DNA from: Marispirochaeta sp.
GTDB taxonomy: Bacteria > Spirochaetota > Spirochaetia > JC444 > Marispirochaetaceae
Assembly (NCBI GenBank): GCA_963676835.2
Contig: CAXXFF010000002.1
Location: 960,001-1,024,000 of the forward strand
Length of the DNA stretch: 64,000 nt
Direction of reading: 5' to 3'
Part shown: positions 9,118 through 18,832 of the stretch, piece by piece
Numbering within the stretch: the first letter of the stretch is position 1
Layout of the letters: each line of letters opens with the position of its first letter
Program-made: the position numbers and the translations under genes
Notes under the pieces: generated by a model
What the model was told of the DNA's origin: nothing
The model's input: the letters and a program-made list of their open reading frames with translations, nothing else
Database searches by the model: none

Positions 9118-10513
9118 GTGGCAGATTTTAAACGTTTTAATTTGAACAGTCCGGAAGATTTAAAAAGAGAACTCTCAGCATTATCACTTGAACTGCCAAT
9201 GAGTGAAAATATTGGCCTTCTTGGCGACACGGTGCCCCTGGGACGGGCAGAAAAAAAAGAAGAAAGGCAAATGGCAGCTTCCCAACCGCTTTGTAACCCA
9301 GCCAATGGAAGGATTTGATGCACTTGAGGAGGACTCATCCCCTTCGGAGCTTACCTTTCGACGGTACAAACGCTTCGCCGCTGGTGGAGCGGGACTTATC
9401 TGGTTTGAGGCCGCTGTAATATGCTCCGACGGCCGAAGTAATCCCCGTCAGCTTATGCTGACGGAAAAGAATCTTGATACCTGGAAGCGCCTGGTGGACG
9501 AAACAAGGCAGGCTGCCATGGACCGGTGGGGACACGAAATTGTAACCGTACTGCAGCTTGCTCACTCCGGACGCTGGAGTAAGCCTGAAGGCCGGCCGAA
9601 ACCGGTTCTGATCCACCACAACCCGGTGCTTGATGCTGCGGTGGGCAGCAGCGCCGAGGATGCCCTGATTAATGATGATGAGCTGAAGCGTCTCAGTGAT
9701 CTGTTCATCGAAAACAGCATACTTGCTACCCGGGCTGGTTTTGACGGGGTGGAAATGAAGGCCGTCCACGGATATCTTTCCGCGGAACTGCTCTGCGCTC
9801 ATACCCGGCCGGGGCGCTACGGCGGCAGCTATGAAAACCGGACCCGGTTTGTAAGGGACTGTACCGAAGGCATGCGTCAGGCAATGAGTTCCGACCATTT
9901 TGTAACCGCCAGGCTTACCCTGTACGAACCATCGGCTTACCCCTACGGATGGGGAACAAAGACAGAGACCGGTTCGCTTGAAACAGATTTTTCCGAGCCC
10001 ATCAGATTTGCTAGGGAACTGGCAGCCCTTGGGGAGATGCCGGTGTTTAACTATTCCCTGGGGTATCCCCGTTTCCAGCCCTATATTACCCGTCCATATA
10101 ACAATCCTATTGCCGGTGATTCCGTCTCTCCCGAGCACCCCCTGGAGGGAATTGTACGATTCCAGAACGCCGGCAGGGATCTTCAGGCCGAACTTGGTGA
10201 GGTACCGCTGGTGACCGCCGCCCTGGGCTGGCTCCAGCATCTGATGCCCGTTGTTGCTGCAGGGCTTGTGAAGCAGGACTGGGTTCGTCTGATAGGCCAG
10301 GGACGGCAGAGTTTCGCCTATCCGGAATCGGTGGCAGATATTCTTACCAAAGGGAAAATGGAGCCCCGCAGATGCTGCATTACCTGTTCGCTCTGCTCCC
10401 AGATAATGAAAGACGGTCTCGGCCGAACAGGGTGTCCCGTTAAGGATGGGGAAATTTACCGGAAGGAGCTGCAGAAAGGGCGGGCGGCAGCAAGGGCGCG
10501 GGGTCTTAAATGA
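9118..10513 (+). pseudogene. NADH:flavin oxidoreductase (Old Yellow Enzyme family) with C-terminal Cys cluster; frameshifted at an A8 tract (real break or assembly error)
   Basis: N-terminus from GTG 9118 (AGGA upstream) lies in one frame; LPNRFVTQPMEG, GGAGLIWFEA, AGFDGVEMKAVHGYL, YGGSYENRTRF and CITCSLC lie in the +1 frame. Removing one A from 9251-9258 joins them. Confidence 0.8.
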
Positions 10514-12552
10514 AGAGTCAAAATTACCGGCGGCAGCTTGACCCGGTCTCAGTTGGAAAGAGCAGTATTGCCTGTTTCTACTATCATACTCTGATAATAG
10601 GCAGCGGCGGAGCAACCCTGAGTGCGGCGGTGAGGCTGAAGAGAGCAGGAGTGAGTGATATCTGTGTTCTCACCGACGATCTTCAGGGGGGAACATCCCG
10701 CAATACCGGTTCGGACAAACAGACCTACTATAAACTGTCCGATTCGGGAAGAACTCCCGATTCTCCCTACAGCATGGCGGAATCTCTTTATGCAGGCGGT
10801 GCCATGCATGGAGATATTGCCCTTATCGAAGCCATTGGATCGGAGAACAGTTTTTATAATCTTGTCTCTCTGGGAGTTCCCTTTCCCCATAACCGGTGGG
10901 GGGGCTATACGGGATACAAGACTGATCATGATCCTCAGACCCGGGGGATGTCTCTGGGACCGTATACATCAAAAAAAATGGTGGAAGCCCTGGAGTCAGA
11001 ATGCCGCATACTGGATATAGAAATCAGGGACAGGCATGAGTGTGTACGGCTTATCCGCTCAGGCGACAGGATTGCCGGAGCAGTTATTCTGACAGCAGCA
11101 GCCCAGTCCGGTGCCGACAGGGATAACCCGCAAGGAAGACTGAAGATCTTTCTCTGCGACAACATGGTTTTCGGCCCCGGGGGACCTGCGGGGCTCTATG
11201 AGGCATCGGTGTATCCTCCGCGGCATACCGGTGCCATAGGCCTGGCTCTGGAAATAGGGGCGGAGGCGGTAAACCTCACCGAATCCCAGTACGGTATTAC
11301 CAGTACGGAATTCCGCTGGAATCTATCCGGAAGTTTTCAGCAGGTTATACCCCATTACTACAGCCGGGATCCGCTGACGGGCAACACATACTGCTTTTTA
11401 AATGACTATTTTCCTTCCATGAAAAAGCTTTCCCTGGCCATTTTTCAGAAGGGGTATCAGTGGCCCTTCGATGCACGCAAGGTATTTGACTACGGTTCTT
11501 CGCTTATTGATATTCTGGTGTATCAGGAGTCGGTCATCCGGGGGCGGGAAGTCTTTATGGACTTCAGATGTAATCTGCAGGGGGATAAAAAGATCGGCCT
11601 GTTCAATCCAGCTGGTCTGGCTGAAGAAGCCGCACACTACTGGCGCCGTTCCGGGCTGACCGGGGAAACCCCGGTGGAGCGTCTTAAGCAGATGAATCCC
11701 AAGGCGCTGCAGCTGTATAGATCCCATAACATCGATCTGTATTCTCAGCCCTTAAAGATTGCAGTATCGGCCCAGCATAATAACGGCGGGCTTGCGGGGG
11801 ACATCTGGTGGGAGTCTACAAATATCAGACACCTCTTTCCTGTAGGTGAGGTAAACGGCGCCCACGGGGTTGCCCGCCCCGGCGGCAGCGCTCTTAATTC
11901 CGGACAGGTTGGTGCCCTGCGGGCGGCGCAGAAAATTGCCAATGTCTATGGGGAAAACAGTCTTGACCTGGACGAGGCCCGCTCCGCTGCAGGCCGGGAT
12001 GCGGGCTTGCTGTTGGAGACTATCGGGGAAATCCTGGGAACCGCCGCAGACCGGGAGTCTCTCAAGGCCTTCCGCCGTGAGTTCCGGATGCGGATGAGCA
12101 GTTCTGCCGGGCTCATTCGAAGCCCAGGCAAAATTGATAAGGTCTGCAGGGATGCAGCGGTTCAGCAGAATAATTTTAAGCGACTGCAGGTGGATGGTGT
12201 CCGCCTTACGACAGCCCTCCGGCTGCGGCATCAGGTAATATCCCATCGGATTTATCTGGAAGCAGTTCGTCATTATCTCTCTTCAGGCGGAGGAAGCAGG
12301 GGCTCCTTTCTTGTTGCCCTTGAATCGGATGCAGCGGAGGAAGAAGGTATTCCCCTGGTTCCGGAGATCGGTTTTATCCCCGGTATCCGTCCTGAGAACC
12401 CCGGTCTGCGGGATAGTCTGCAGATTATCAGATTTAACAGTGACAGCGGTGAGCTTGAGTTCTCCTGGACAGACCGCCGGTCTGTTCCGGAAGAAGATGA
12501 CTGGTTTGAGAATGTCTGGGCCCGTTATAACAGCGGCGAAATCTTTACATAA
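10510..12552 (+). CDS. FAD-binding oxidoreductase, SdhA/FrdA/NadB-like
   Basis: LIIGSGGATLSAA Rossmann motif; QHNNGGL, LFPVGEVNGAHG and RPGGSALNSGQVG motifs; SRGS near the C-terminus. Confidence 0.8.
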   Translation: MKSQNYRRQLDPVSVGKSSIACFYYHTLIIGSGGATLSAAVRLKRAGVSDICVLTDDLQGGTSRNTGSDKQTYYKLSDSGRTPDSPYSMAESLYAGGAMHGDIALIEAIGSENSFYNLVSLGVPFPHNRWGGYTGYKTDHDPQTRGMSLGPYTSKKMVEALESECRILDIEIRDRHECVRLIRSGDRIAGAVILTAAAQSGADRDNPQGRLKIFLCDNMVFGPGGPAGLYEASVYPPRHTGAIGLALEIGAEAVNLTESQYGITSTEFRWNLSGSFQQVIPHYYSRDPLTGNTYCFLNDYFPSMKKLSLAIFQKGYQWPFDARKVFDYGSSLIDILVYQESVIRGREVFMDFRCNLQGDKKIGLFNPAGLAEEAAHYWRRSGLTGETPVERLKQMNPKALQLYRSHNIDLYSQPLKIAVSAQHNNGGLAGDIWWESTNIRHLFPVGEVNGAHGVARPGGSALNSGQVGALRAAQKIANVYGENSLDLDEARSAAGRDAGLLLETIGEILGTAADRESLKAFRREFRMRMSSSAGLIRSPGKIDKVCRDAAVQQNNFKRLQVDGVRLTTALRLRHQVISHRIYLEAVRHYLSSGGGSRGSFLVALESDAAEEEGIPLVPEIGFIPGIRPENPGLRDSLQIIRFNSDSGELEFSWTDRRSVPEEDDWFENVWARYNSGEIFT

Positions 12553-12567
12553 AAAGGCGGAATCCTG

Positions 12568-13350
12568 ATGAAGAAGGCAGGTAATGCGGTACTGGTTACC
12601 GGAGGAAGTCGGGGTATCGGCAGGGGCATAGCGGTACAACTTGCATCTGCGGGTTTTTCGGTGGCGGTAAATTTTGCCGGAAACAGGGCTGCTGCGGAAG
12701 AGACGGTAAAAATCTGCCGAAACAATGCGCAAAATACGGAACAGCAGTTTGACCTGTTTCAGGCGGATATCTCCCTGGCAGAAGACCGGGAACGTCTTAT
12801 AGATGAGGTAGCAGCCCGCTTTGGGAAGTTGCGCGGTTTGGTAAATAACGCCGGGGTTGCGCCTCTTGAAAGGGGAGACTTGCTTGATCTCAAGGAGGAG
12901 TCCCTGGACAGGCTGATAGGTATAAACCTCAAGGGGGCATTCTTTCTTACCCAGTCTGTAGCCCGCAGGTGGACAGGGGAAGAAGAGCCCGGAGGGCGGA
13001 ATATTGTGTTTATTACCTCCGTCTCTTCTGAGATGGTCTCTGTAAACAGAGGCGATTACTGCATGACAAAATCCGCTCTCTCCATGGCGGTTCAGCTCTA
13101 TGCCCGGCGTCTGGCAGCAGAGGGTATCGGAGTCTTTGAAATCCGTCCGGGAATAATCCGCACCGACATGACCGCGGGAGTACAGGAAAAGTATGACCGG
13201 CTTATAGCTGAAGGACTGGTACCGCAGAAACGCTGGGGAACCCCGGAAGACATCGGCACTGCTGTTGCCTCCCTGATGCGCGGTGATTTCGGCTATGCAA
13301 CTGGTTCTGTGATTCATCTTGATGGCGGCCTGCATATTCCTGAGCTGTAG
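12568..13350 (+). CDS. Short-chain dehydrogenase/reductase (3-ketoacyl reductase-like)
   Basis: VTGGSRGIG, NNAG, YCMTK catalytic motif, PGIIRTDMT. Confidence 0.92.
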   Translation: MKKAGNAVLVTGGSRGIGRGIAVQLASAGFSVAVNFAGNRAAAEETVKICRNNAQNTEQQFDLFQADISLAEDRERLIDEVAARFGKLRGLVNNAGVAPLERGDLLDLKEESLDRLIGINLKGAFFLTQSVARRWTGEEEPGGRNIVFITSVSSEMVSVNRGDYCMTKSALSMAVQLYARRLAAEGIGVFEIRPGIIRTDMTAGVQEKYDRLIAEGLVPQKRWGTPEDIGTAVASLMRGDFGYATGSVIHLDGGLHIPEL

Positions 13351-13418
13351 ACGGATCCATTTTGACGGTGATGTTACCTGTTTTGTGCGGAAATTTTCTA
13401 AAGCGGGGGGGCTGAAGT

Positions 13419-14297
13419 ATGATTCTTACCGGGTTCACTGATGAAGTATCGCCGGATTTTAGCAGGCAGGTTGACGCCTGCCGTGTTCTGTCATGGGACT
13501 GGATTGATCTGAGAACAGTTGGCGACAAGAATATATGCCACCTTGAAACAGGTGAAATGGAAAATCTGCTGGAGGTTTTACGCGATTCAGGCATTCGCAT
13601 CGCATCCTTCGGCAGTCCAGTGGCCAACTGGTCCCGTTCTCTGGATTACCCCTTAAAAGATGAGATCCGGGAGCTTGAGCATGCTGCCGGGCTTATGCGC
13701 ATGGCTGATGTGAAGGGAATCAGGATAATGAGCTACCAAACAGATGCCCCAATACCCCTCCATGATCCTGTTAGAGATAAGGTTTTAAACAGACTGAAGG
13801 AATTGTCCCGGGTTGCCGGGAACGAGGGGATTGTCCTGCTTCATGAAAACTGTGAAACCTGGGGAGGTCAGAGCCTTGAGCACACTCTCTTTCTTCTGGA
13901 TAACATCCATTTACCGGCTTTTCGACTCATTTTTGACACTGGTAATCCTCCTGGCTCACCGGACATCCGGGGAACGGTTCCATTTAAACGACAGAACAGT
14001 CTGGAGTTTCTGAAAGCTGTTTATGAGGCTGTAGATATGGTTCATATAAAGGATGCGCGGTTCAGCAAAGAGGACGGTACTGTCTACACCTGGCCTGGAG
14101 AGGGTGACGCCGGACTGTCCGGGATTTTTTCATGGCTCAAAAAACAGGAATACTCCGGTCCGTTCTCAATAGAGCCCCATCTTGCTGTGGTCTACCATGA
14201 CGAGTCCGTAAAATCGGATGAAAAGAAGCGGTGGGACATGTTTATTGAATATGCCCGTAGAAGCAGCAGGCTGCTTAAGGCTGCCGGCTTTACGTGA
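13419..14297 (+). CDS. Sugar phosphate isomerase/epimerase (xylose-isomerase-like TIM barrel, AP_endonuc_2)
   Basis: GFTDE start; metal ligands in LLHENC, FDTGN, VHIKDA and SIEPH. Confidence 0.85.
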   Translation: MILTGFTDEVSPDFSRQVDACRVLSWDWIDLRTVGDKNICHLETGEMENLLEVLRDSGIRIASFGSPVANWSRSLDYPLKDEIRELEHAAGLMRMADVKGIRIMSYQTDAPIPLHDPVRDKVLNRLKELSRVAGNEGIVLLHENCETWGGQSLEHTLFLLDNIHLPAFRLIFDTGNPPGSPDIRGTVPFKRQNSLEFLKAVYEAVDMVHIKDARFSKEDGTVYTWPGEGDAGLSGIFSWLKKQEYSGPFSIEPHLAVVYHDESVKSDEKKRWDMFIEYARRSSRLLKAAGFT

Positions 14298-14324
14298 CAA
14301 AAGGATGCTCTGTAAAGATTTATC

Positions 14325-14387
14325 TTGACAGATTCGAAATTTGCTCCCTATAATGTTGCATGCAACAAAAAACTTTTGCATGCAACT
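14325..14387 (+). promoter_or_regulatory. Near-consensus promoter with two tandem operators before the transporter operon
   Basis: TTGACA 14325-14330, 18 bp, TATAAT 14349-14354; TGTTGCATGCAACA 14354-14367 and TTTTGCATGCAACT 14374-14387. Confidence 0.88.
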
Positions 14388-14434
14388 ATTCTGTTTGTAA
14401 AAGTGAAAACGCGGGAAAAAAAAGGAGAGGAGAA

Positions 14435-15457
14435 ATGAAAAAAACTGTTGTTGTTCTGCTGGTATTTTTTATTGCTTTAGGTCTTTCTGCGGAAGGAAAA
14501 AAGGAATCCGCCGGAGGCTATGAATGGCAGCCCGGCAAACCGGTCAACCTGGTTGTGCCCTGGGGCGCTGGAGGCTCAACCGACCGTTCTGCACGTACCA
14601 CAGCTGGTATTGTTGAGGGACCTCTGGGCCAGAAGATTGTTATTGTAAACCAGGCTGGTGCTTCCGGGTCGGTAGGAACCAAGAATGTACTTGATGCTCC
14701 CAAGGACGGACTGAAATGGGTGGCCGGAGCAGTTAAGGATCTTGGTGTGTATAAGGTTCAGGGAATGATTGATACAACCCTGGATGACTGGCACCTCTAC
14801 CTTAATGTAGCTATGCCCAATGTGGTTGCCGTAAGTGCTGACTCGCCTTACAACGATTTCGGTGAGCTTATTGCTGCAATGAAAGCCAATCCCGGAAAGA
14901 TGAAAGTGGCAACCGCCGGTGTAAACTCCGCCGGTCATACCGCCATTGAGCTCATTAAAAAATATGCCGGAATTGAGTACACCCATGTAACCTATGATGG
15001 TGGAAACCCTGCGGTAATAGCCACGGTCGGCGGTGAAGCGGATGTTGTAACCCAGCTTTCTGTTGAAGAAGTTGACATGCTTAAAGCAGGAAAACTGAAG
15101 GCCCTCTGTGTTATGACAGACAAACCCCTTGTTGTAGATGGAATGTCCGGAGAAATTCCTCCCATTACCAACTGGATAAAGGATTTTGCATCTGCCCCCA
15201 TCTATTTCGGTATTTTTGTACCCAAGGGAGTACCTGCAGAAGTTACCAATACCCTGGATCAGATCTGGGAAGATACGGTAATGGACTCTGCGGAGCTGAA
15301 AGACTGGGCCGCCAAAAATGCGGTTGTCTTTGACCCCTGCTATGGTGAAGAGGCTCTGAAGAAATCCTTCCCCATGGTTCAGATCAGTGCATGGCTGAAA
15401 GTTGAATCCGGTGATGCGGTGGTAGATCCTGCCAGCATTGGAATCCCCAAACCCTGA
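14435..15457 (+). CDS. tctC: Tripartite tricarboxylate transporter substrate-binding protein (Bug/TctC)
   Basis: PVNLVVPWGAGGSTD, VNQAGASGSVG, HVTYDGG; signal peptide MKKTVVVLL after SD GGAGAGG (start moved from 14360). Confidence 0.88.
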   Translation: MKKTVVVLLVFFIALGLSAEGKKESAGGYEWQPGKPVNLVVPWGAGGSTDRSARTTAGIVEGPLGQKIVIVNQAGASGSVGTKNVLDAPKDGLKWVAGAVKDLGVYKVQGMIDTTLDDWHLYLNVAMPNVVAVSADSPYNDFGELIAAMKANPGKMKVATAGVNSAGHTAIELIKKYAGIEYTHVTYDGGNPAVIATVGGEADVVTQLSVEEVDMLKAGKLKALCVMTDKPLVVDGMSGEIPPITNWIKDFASAPIYFGIFVPKGVPAEVTNTLDQIWEDTVMDSAELKDWAAKNAVVFDPCYGEEALKKSFPMVQISAWLKVESGDAVVDPASIGIPKP

Positions 15458-15471
15458 TTATTGTGCATCCG

Positions 15472-15522
15472 GTCCCTCTCTTCCTCTCTTTTCCCCCTTT
15501 TTAGAGGGGCGAAGAGAGGGAC
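15472..15522 (+). terminator. Intergenic stem-loop after tctC (mRNA stabiliser or partial terminator)
   Basis: GTCCCTCTCTTC (15472-15483) pairs with GAAGAGAGGGAC (15511-15522). Confidence 0.6.
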
Positions 15523-15548
15523 ATTTCTACTAAAACAGGAAAAATCAT

Positions 15549-16064
15549 ATGAACGATCAACAAATGAAAAAGGCGGATTTCTTAACCTCAGTTGTTCTGC
15601 TTGTTTTCGGAACCGGCGTAACCTGGATATCCTTTACCATGCCCCGTCTGGAAGAGAAGGGCATTAACCCTTACACAGCCCCTGGAGTAGTCCCTGCAAT
15701 ACTGGGCATTATTATCCTCTTTCTGGCTCTTGTTATGTTTATCAGAACAATAAAGCAAGGAGATTTTCTCCCCGTCTTTTCCGGCGGCGATCTGAAATCC
15801 TTTATCCTCAATGGAGGAACCCTTCGCCTGACTGTCGCTCTTGTTCTCAGTCTTATCTATGCCCTGGGAATGGTTGGGAGGGTCCCGTACCCCCTGGCAA
15901 CCTTCCTCTTTATCTTTGCCTTTATCCTCTGTTTCGACCTGAAATTTGATGCAATTCCGGGCAGTAAAAAAAGAATAATACTGGTGGCCTTTATTGAAGC
16001 TCTCATTACAGCTGCAGTTGTAAGTACCGCTTTTCAATATCTCTTTCTCGTCGATCTGCCTTAA
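15549..16064 (+). CDS. tctB: Tripartite tricarboxylate transporter small membrane subunit
   Basis: Hydrophobic, PGVVP motif, ends FQYLFLVDLP; lies between tctC and tctA. Confidence 0.85.
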   Translation: MNDQQMKKADFLTSVVLLVFGTGVTWISFTMPRLEEKGINPYTAPGVVPAILGIIILFLALVMFIRTIKQGDFLPVFSGGDLKSFILNGGTLRLTVALVLSLIYALGMVGRVPYPLATFLFIFAFILCFDLKFDAIPGSKKRIILVAFIEALITAAVVSTAFQYLFLVDLP

Positions 16065-16076
16065 GGAGTTTCCTCT

Positions 16077-17603
16077 ATGTTTGAAGGACTTAGAATGTTT
16101 CTGGAGAGCCTTGGTGGATTCTTATCTCTCAAGATTCTTTTTGATGTATTATGGAGTACCCAGTTAGGCATTATCGTAGGAATGCTTCCCGGCCTGACAG
16201 CCACCATGGGTGTTGCCCTTATGACCACCCTCACCTACAAGATGTCCGCCGATAATGCGGTGCTTATTCTTATGTGTATGTACATCGGCGCCATATACGG
16301 CGGAAGCCGGTCGGCAATTCTGCTTAACATTCCCGGTACCCCCGCCAATGCGGCTACTTCTGTCGATGGTCATCCCCTGGCGCGGCAGGGCAGGGCTGGA
16401 GAAGCAATCGGGATAGGCACAACCGGAAGTTTTCTCGGCTCTGTTGTGGGCATGCTGATGCTGGCTCTGTTTACCCCTATTCTGGGAAACTTTGCCCTCG
16501 ATTTTCAGTCCTATGAGTTCTTCTGGCTGGCTATTTTCGGCATTATTATTTCCGGCAACCTGACTGCTCCCAAGGATCCTCTTAAGGGATGGATTTCGGG
16601 CTTCCTCGGACTCTTTGTTGCCATGATAGGCATGGAGGGTATCCACGCCCACATCCGTTTCGCCTTCGGCAATGTTAATCTTTCCGGAGGAATTGATCTG
16701 TTACCCGCCATGGTCGGCGCCTTCGGTATGGCTGAGATTCTTTCTCTTATGAAGAGTCCACGGTCTGAAGTAATCAACACGGAGATAAAAAATGTCCTGC
16801 CCCGGCCGAAGCAGATTCTCAAATACAAGAAGACCATCCTCCGCTCAGGGATTATCGGTACCTTTGTCGGTGCCATCCCCGGGGTGGGTGAAGATATTGC
16901 CGCCTGGGTAAGCTATGATTTTGCCAAGCGGGGAAGCAAGGAGAAGGAGCTCTTCGGCAAGGGAAGTACCGAAGGCCTTATCGCCTCGGAAACCGGGAAC
17001 AATGCAGCTGCTGCCGGGGCGGTTATTCCGGTACTTTCCCTGGCTATTCCCGGTTCTGCCCCGGCTGCGGTACTGCTTGCAGCCATGTTTATTCATGGTA
17101 TCCGTCCGGGGCCGCTGATTATGATCGAGTCTCCGGAGTTTGTGTATAAAGTTGTGGCCATGGTTTTTCTGGCAACCTTTGCCATGTTTATTCTTGGGCT
17201 CTCCATGGTCCGTACCCTGGTGAAGGTTCTGCAGGTGCCGAGGACAAAACTGATTCCGGTAATATTTACCCTCTGTGTTATCGGTTCCTATGCCCTTGCC
17301 AGCCGCACCTTCGATGTCCGGGTAATGATATTCTTCGGTGTTCTCGGGTTTCTTATGCGGGAGATGGAGTATCCTGTGGCTCCCATGATTCTGGGAATTA
17401 TTCTGGGGGGGATTCTGGATAAAAACCTGCGCCGAGCCCTGGTAATTTCCGACGGAAATTTCTGGCCTTTCGTAACCCGTCCCATATGTCTGGTGCTGAT
17501 GGTTTTTATTCTCTTTGCCATCGTCGGCCGTATGAACTGGTTTATAAAATTAAAAAATGCCCTGTTTGCAAAGCTGGGGCGGGGAGAACGTTCAAATGCA
17601 TAA
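16077..17603 (+). CDS. tctA: Tripartite tricarboxylate transporter large permease
   Basis: GMLPGLTATMG, YGGSRSAILLNIPGTP, GAIPGVG, ETGNNA, LAIPGS, GIRPGP. Confidence 0.93.
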   Translation: MFEGLRMFLESLGGFLSLKILFDVLWSTQLGIIVGMLPGLTATMGVALMTTLTYKMSADNAVLILMCMYIGAIYGGSRSAILLNIPGTPANAATSVDGHPLARQGRAGEAIGIGTTGSFLGSVVGMLMLALFTPILGNFALDFQSYEFFWLAIFGIIISGNLTAPKDPLKGWISGFLGLFVAMIGMEGIHAHIRFAFGNVNLSGGIDLLPAMVGAFGMAEILSLMKSPRSEVINTEIKNVLPRPKQILKYKKTILRSGIIGTFVGAIPGVGEDIAAWVSYDFAKRGSKEKELFGKGSTEGLIASETGNNAAAAGAVIPVLSLAIPGSAPAAVLLAAMFIHGIRPGPLIMIESPEFVYKVVAMVFLATFAMFILGLSMVRTLVKVLQVPRTKLIPVIFTLCVIGSYALASRTFDVRVMIFFGVLGFLMREMEYPVAPMILGIILGGILDKNLRRALVISDGNFWPFVTRPICLVLMVFILFAIVGRMNWFIKLKNALFAKLGRGERSNA

Positions 17604-18774
17604 AAAATCCATTAAGGCAGGAATTCTGGGAAGCGGCTTTTCTGCAAAGTTTCATTACGAAGCATTGTTGCGGGTATACGGTGCAGATATCGAGGTTGCC
17701 GGTGTTTACTCACCTAACCCGAAGAACTGCGGCGGTTTTGCAGAAGAGCGGGGATTGAAGGCGTTCAGTTCGGCGGAGGCGCTGATGGAAGCCTGCGATG
17801 TGGTACATATCTGTACGCCTCCTTCAACCCACGAGGATTTAGCCGTAAAAGCTCTAAGACTGGGAAAATATGCCATTGTAGAAAAGCCTTTTACCGGATT
17901 TTTTGGTAAGGGCGTGGAGAACTTCAACGGTGATACCTTCGACCGTGAGTATGGACTCAACCAGGCCATGGAAAGTCTTCAGCGTGTTCTTGAGGCGGAA
18001 AAGAGCAGTTCCGCCAGGATTCTTTACGCTGAGAACTGGGTGTATGCTCCTGCTGTTCAGAAGGAGCGGGAAGTGCTGGAAAAAACCGGCGGGCAGATTC
18101 TCTGGCTCCATGGACAGGAGAGCCACAGCGGTTCACACTCCGATTTCTACGGTGACTGGTCATTTTCCGGCGGCGGATCCATTATGGGGAAATCAGTCCA
18201 TCCCCTGACGGCATCACTCTATCTGAAGAGCGTTGAAGGCCGTGTCCGGGGGGAGGCGATTCGACCTGTAACGGTGAGTGCAAGAACCCATGCCCTTACC
18301 AGGCTGGATAATTTTCAGAACGACGGATTCCTGCGCACAGGCTACAAGGACATAGAAGATTTCGGTGCCCTGCATATTACTTTTTCCGACGGAACTGTGG
18401 CCGATATTTTTTCCTGTGAACTTATCATGGGGGGTGTCTATAACCATCTGGAGGTAAGCGCAAGCAATCACCGAACCATCATCAACATCAATCCCAATAC
18501 TGCAATGCAGACCTACAATCCCAAAGCATCCCAATTTAACGACATCTATGTGGTGGAGAAAATCGGGACAAAAGAAGGCTGGGCATGTACATCTCCCGAT
18601 GAGGACTGGTTTACCGGCTATCAAAACGAGATGGAGAGCTTTTACCACAACGCCCTTGAGAACACGGTACCGGAATCGGACAGCAGGCTGGCTTCAGATA
18701 CCATTGCGGTGGTCTATGCAGCCTACCTTTCCGCGGAGCGGAAGGGGCAGGAGGTGAAAATTCCCTTGATATAG
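17596..18774 (+). CDS. Gfo/Idh/MocA family oxidoreductase
   Basis: AGILGSGF, VVHICTPPSTH, AIVEKP, SGGGS; ATG 17596 overlaps the tctA end. Confidence 0.9.
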   Translation: MHKKSIKAGILGSGFSAKFHYEALLRVYGADIEVAGVYSPNPKNCGGFAEERGLKAFSSAEALMEACDVVHICTPPSTHEDLAVKALRLGKYAIVEKPFTGFFGKGVENFNGDTFDREYGLNQAMESLQRVLEAEKSSSARILYAENWVYAPAVQKEREVLEKTGGQILWLHGQESHSGSHSDFYGDWSFSGGGSIMGKSVHPLTASLYLKSVEGRVRGEAIRPVTVSARTHALTRLDNFQNDGFLRTGYKDIEDFGALHITFSDGTVADIFSCELIMGGVYNHLEVSASNHRTIININPNTAMQTYNPKASQFNDIYVVEKIGTKEGWACTSPDEDWFTGYQNEMESFYHNALENTVPESDSRLASDTIAVVYAAYLSAERKGQEVKIPLI

Positions 18775-18832
18775 GGCTGTTTATATTGGAAAATACACAG
18801 AGAGCACACCAACCCGGGAAAAACGATTTTTA

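Noticed and set aside
9335..10615. 426-aa antisense ORF over the flavin oxidoreductase
   Set aside because: No recognisable motifs; a shadow of the sense-strand codon pattern. The same applies to 12283..13335, 41737..42678, 47240..48040, 25580..26329 and 63417..63989.
10510..12552. Annotation as succinate dehydrogenase sdhA or L-aspartate oxidase nadB
   Set aside because: No covalent-FAD His segment (SHT/S..A.GG), and no sdhB/C or nadA/C neighbours.
14360..14434. Longer start of tctC given in the ORF track
   Set aside because: The ATG lies inside the operator. ATG 14435 has a Shine-Dalgarno and begins the signal peptide.
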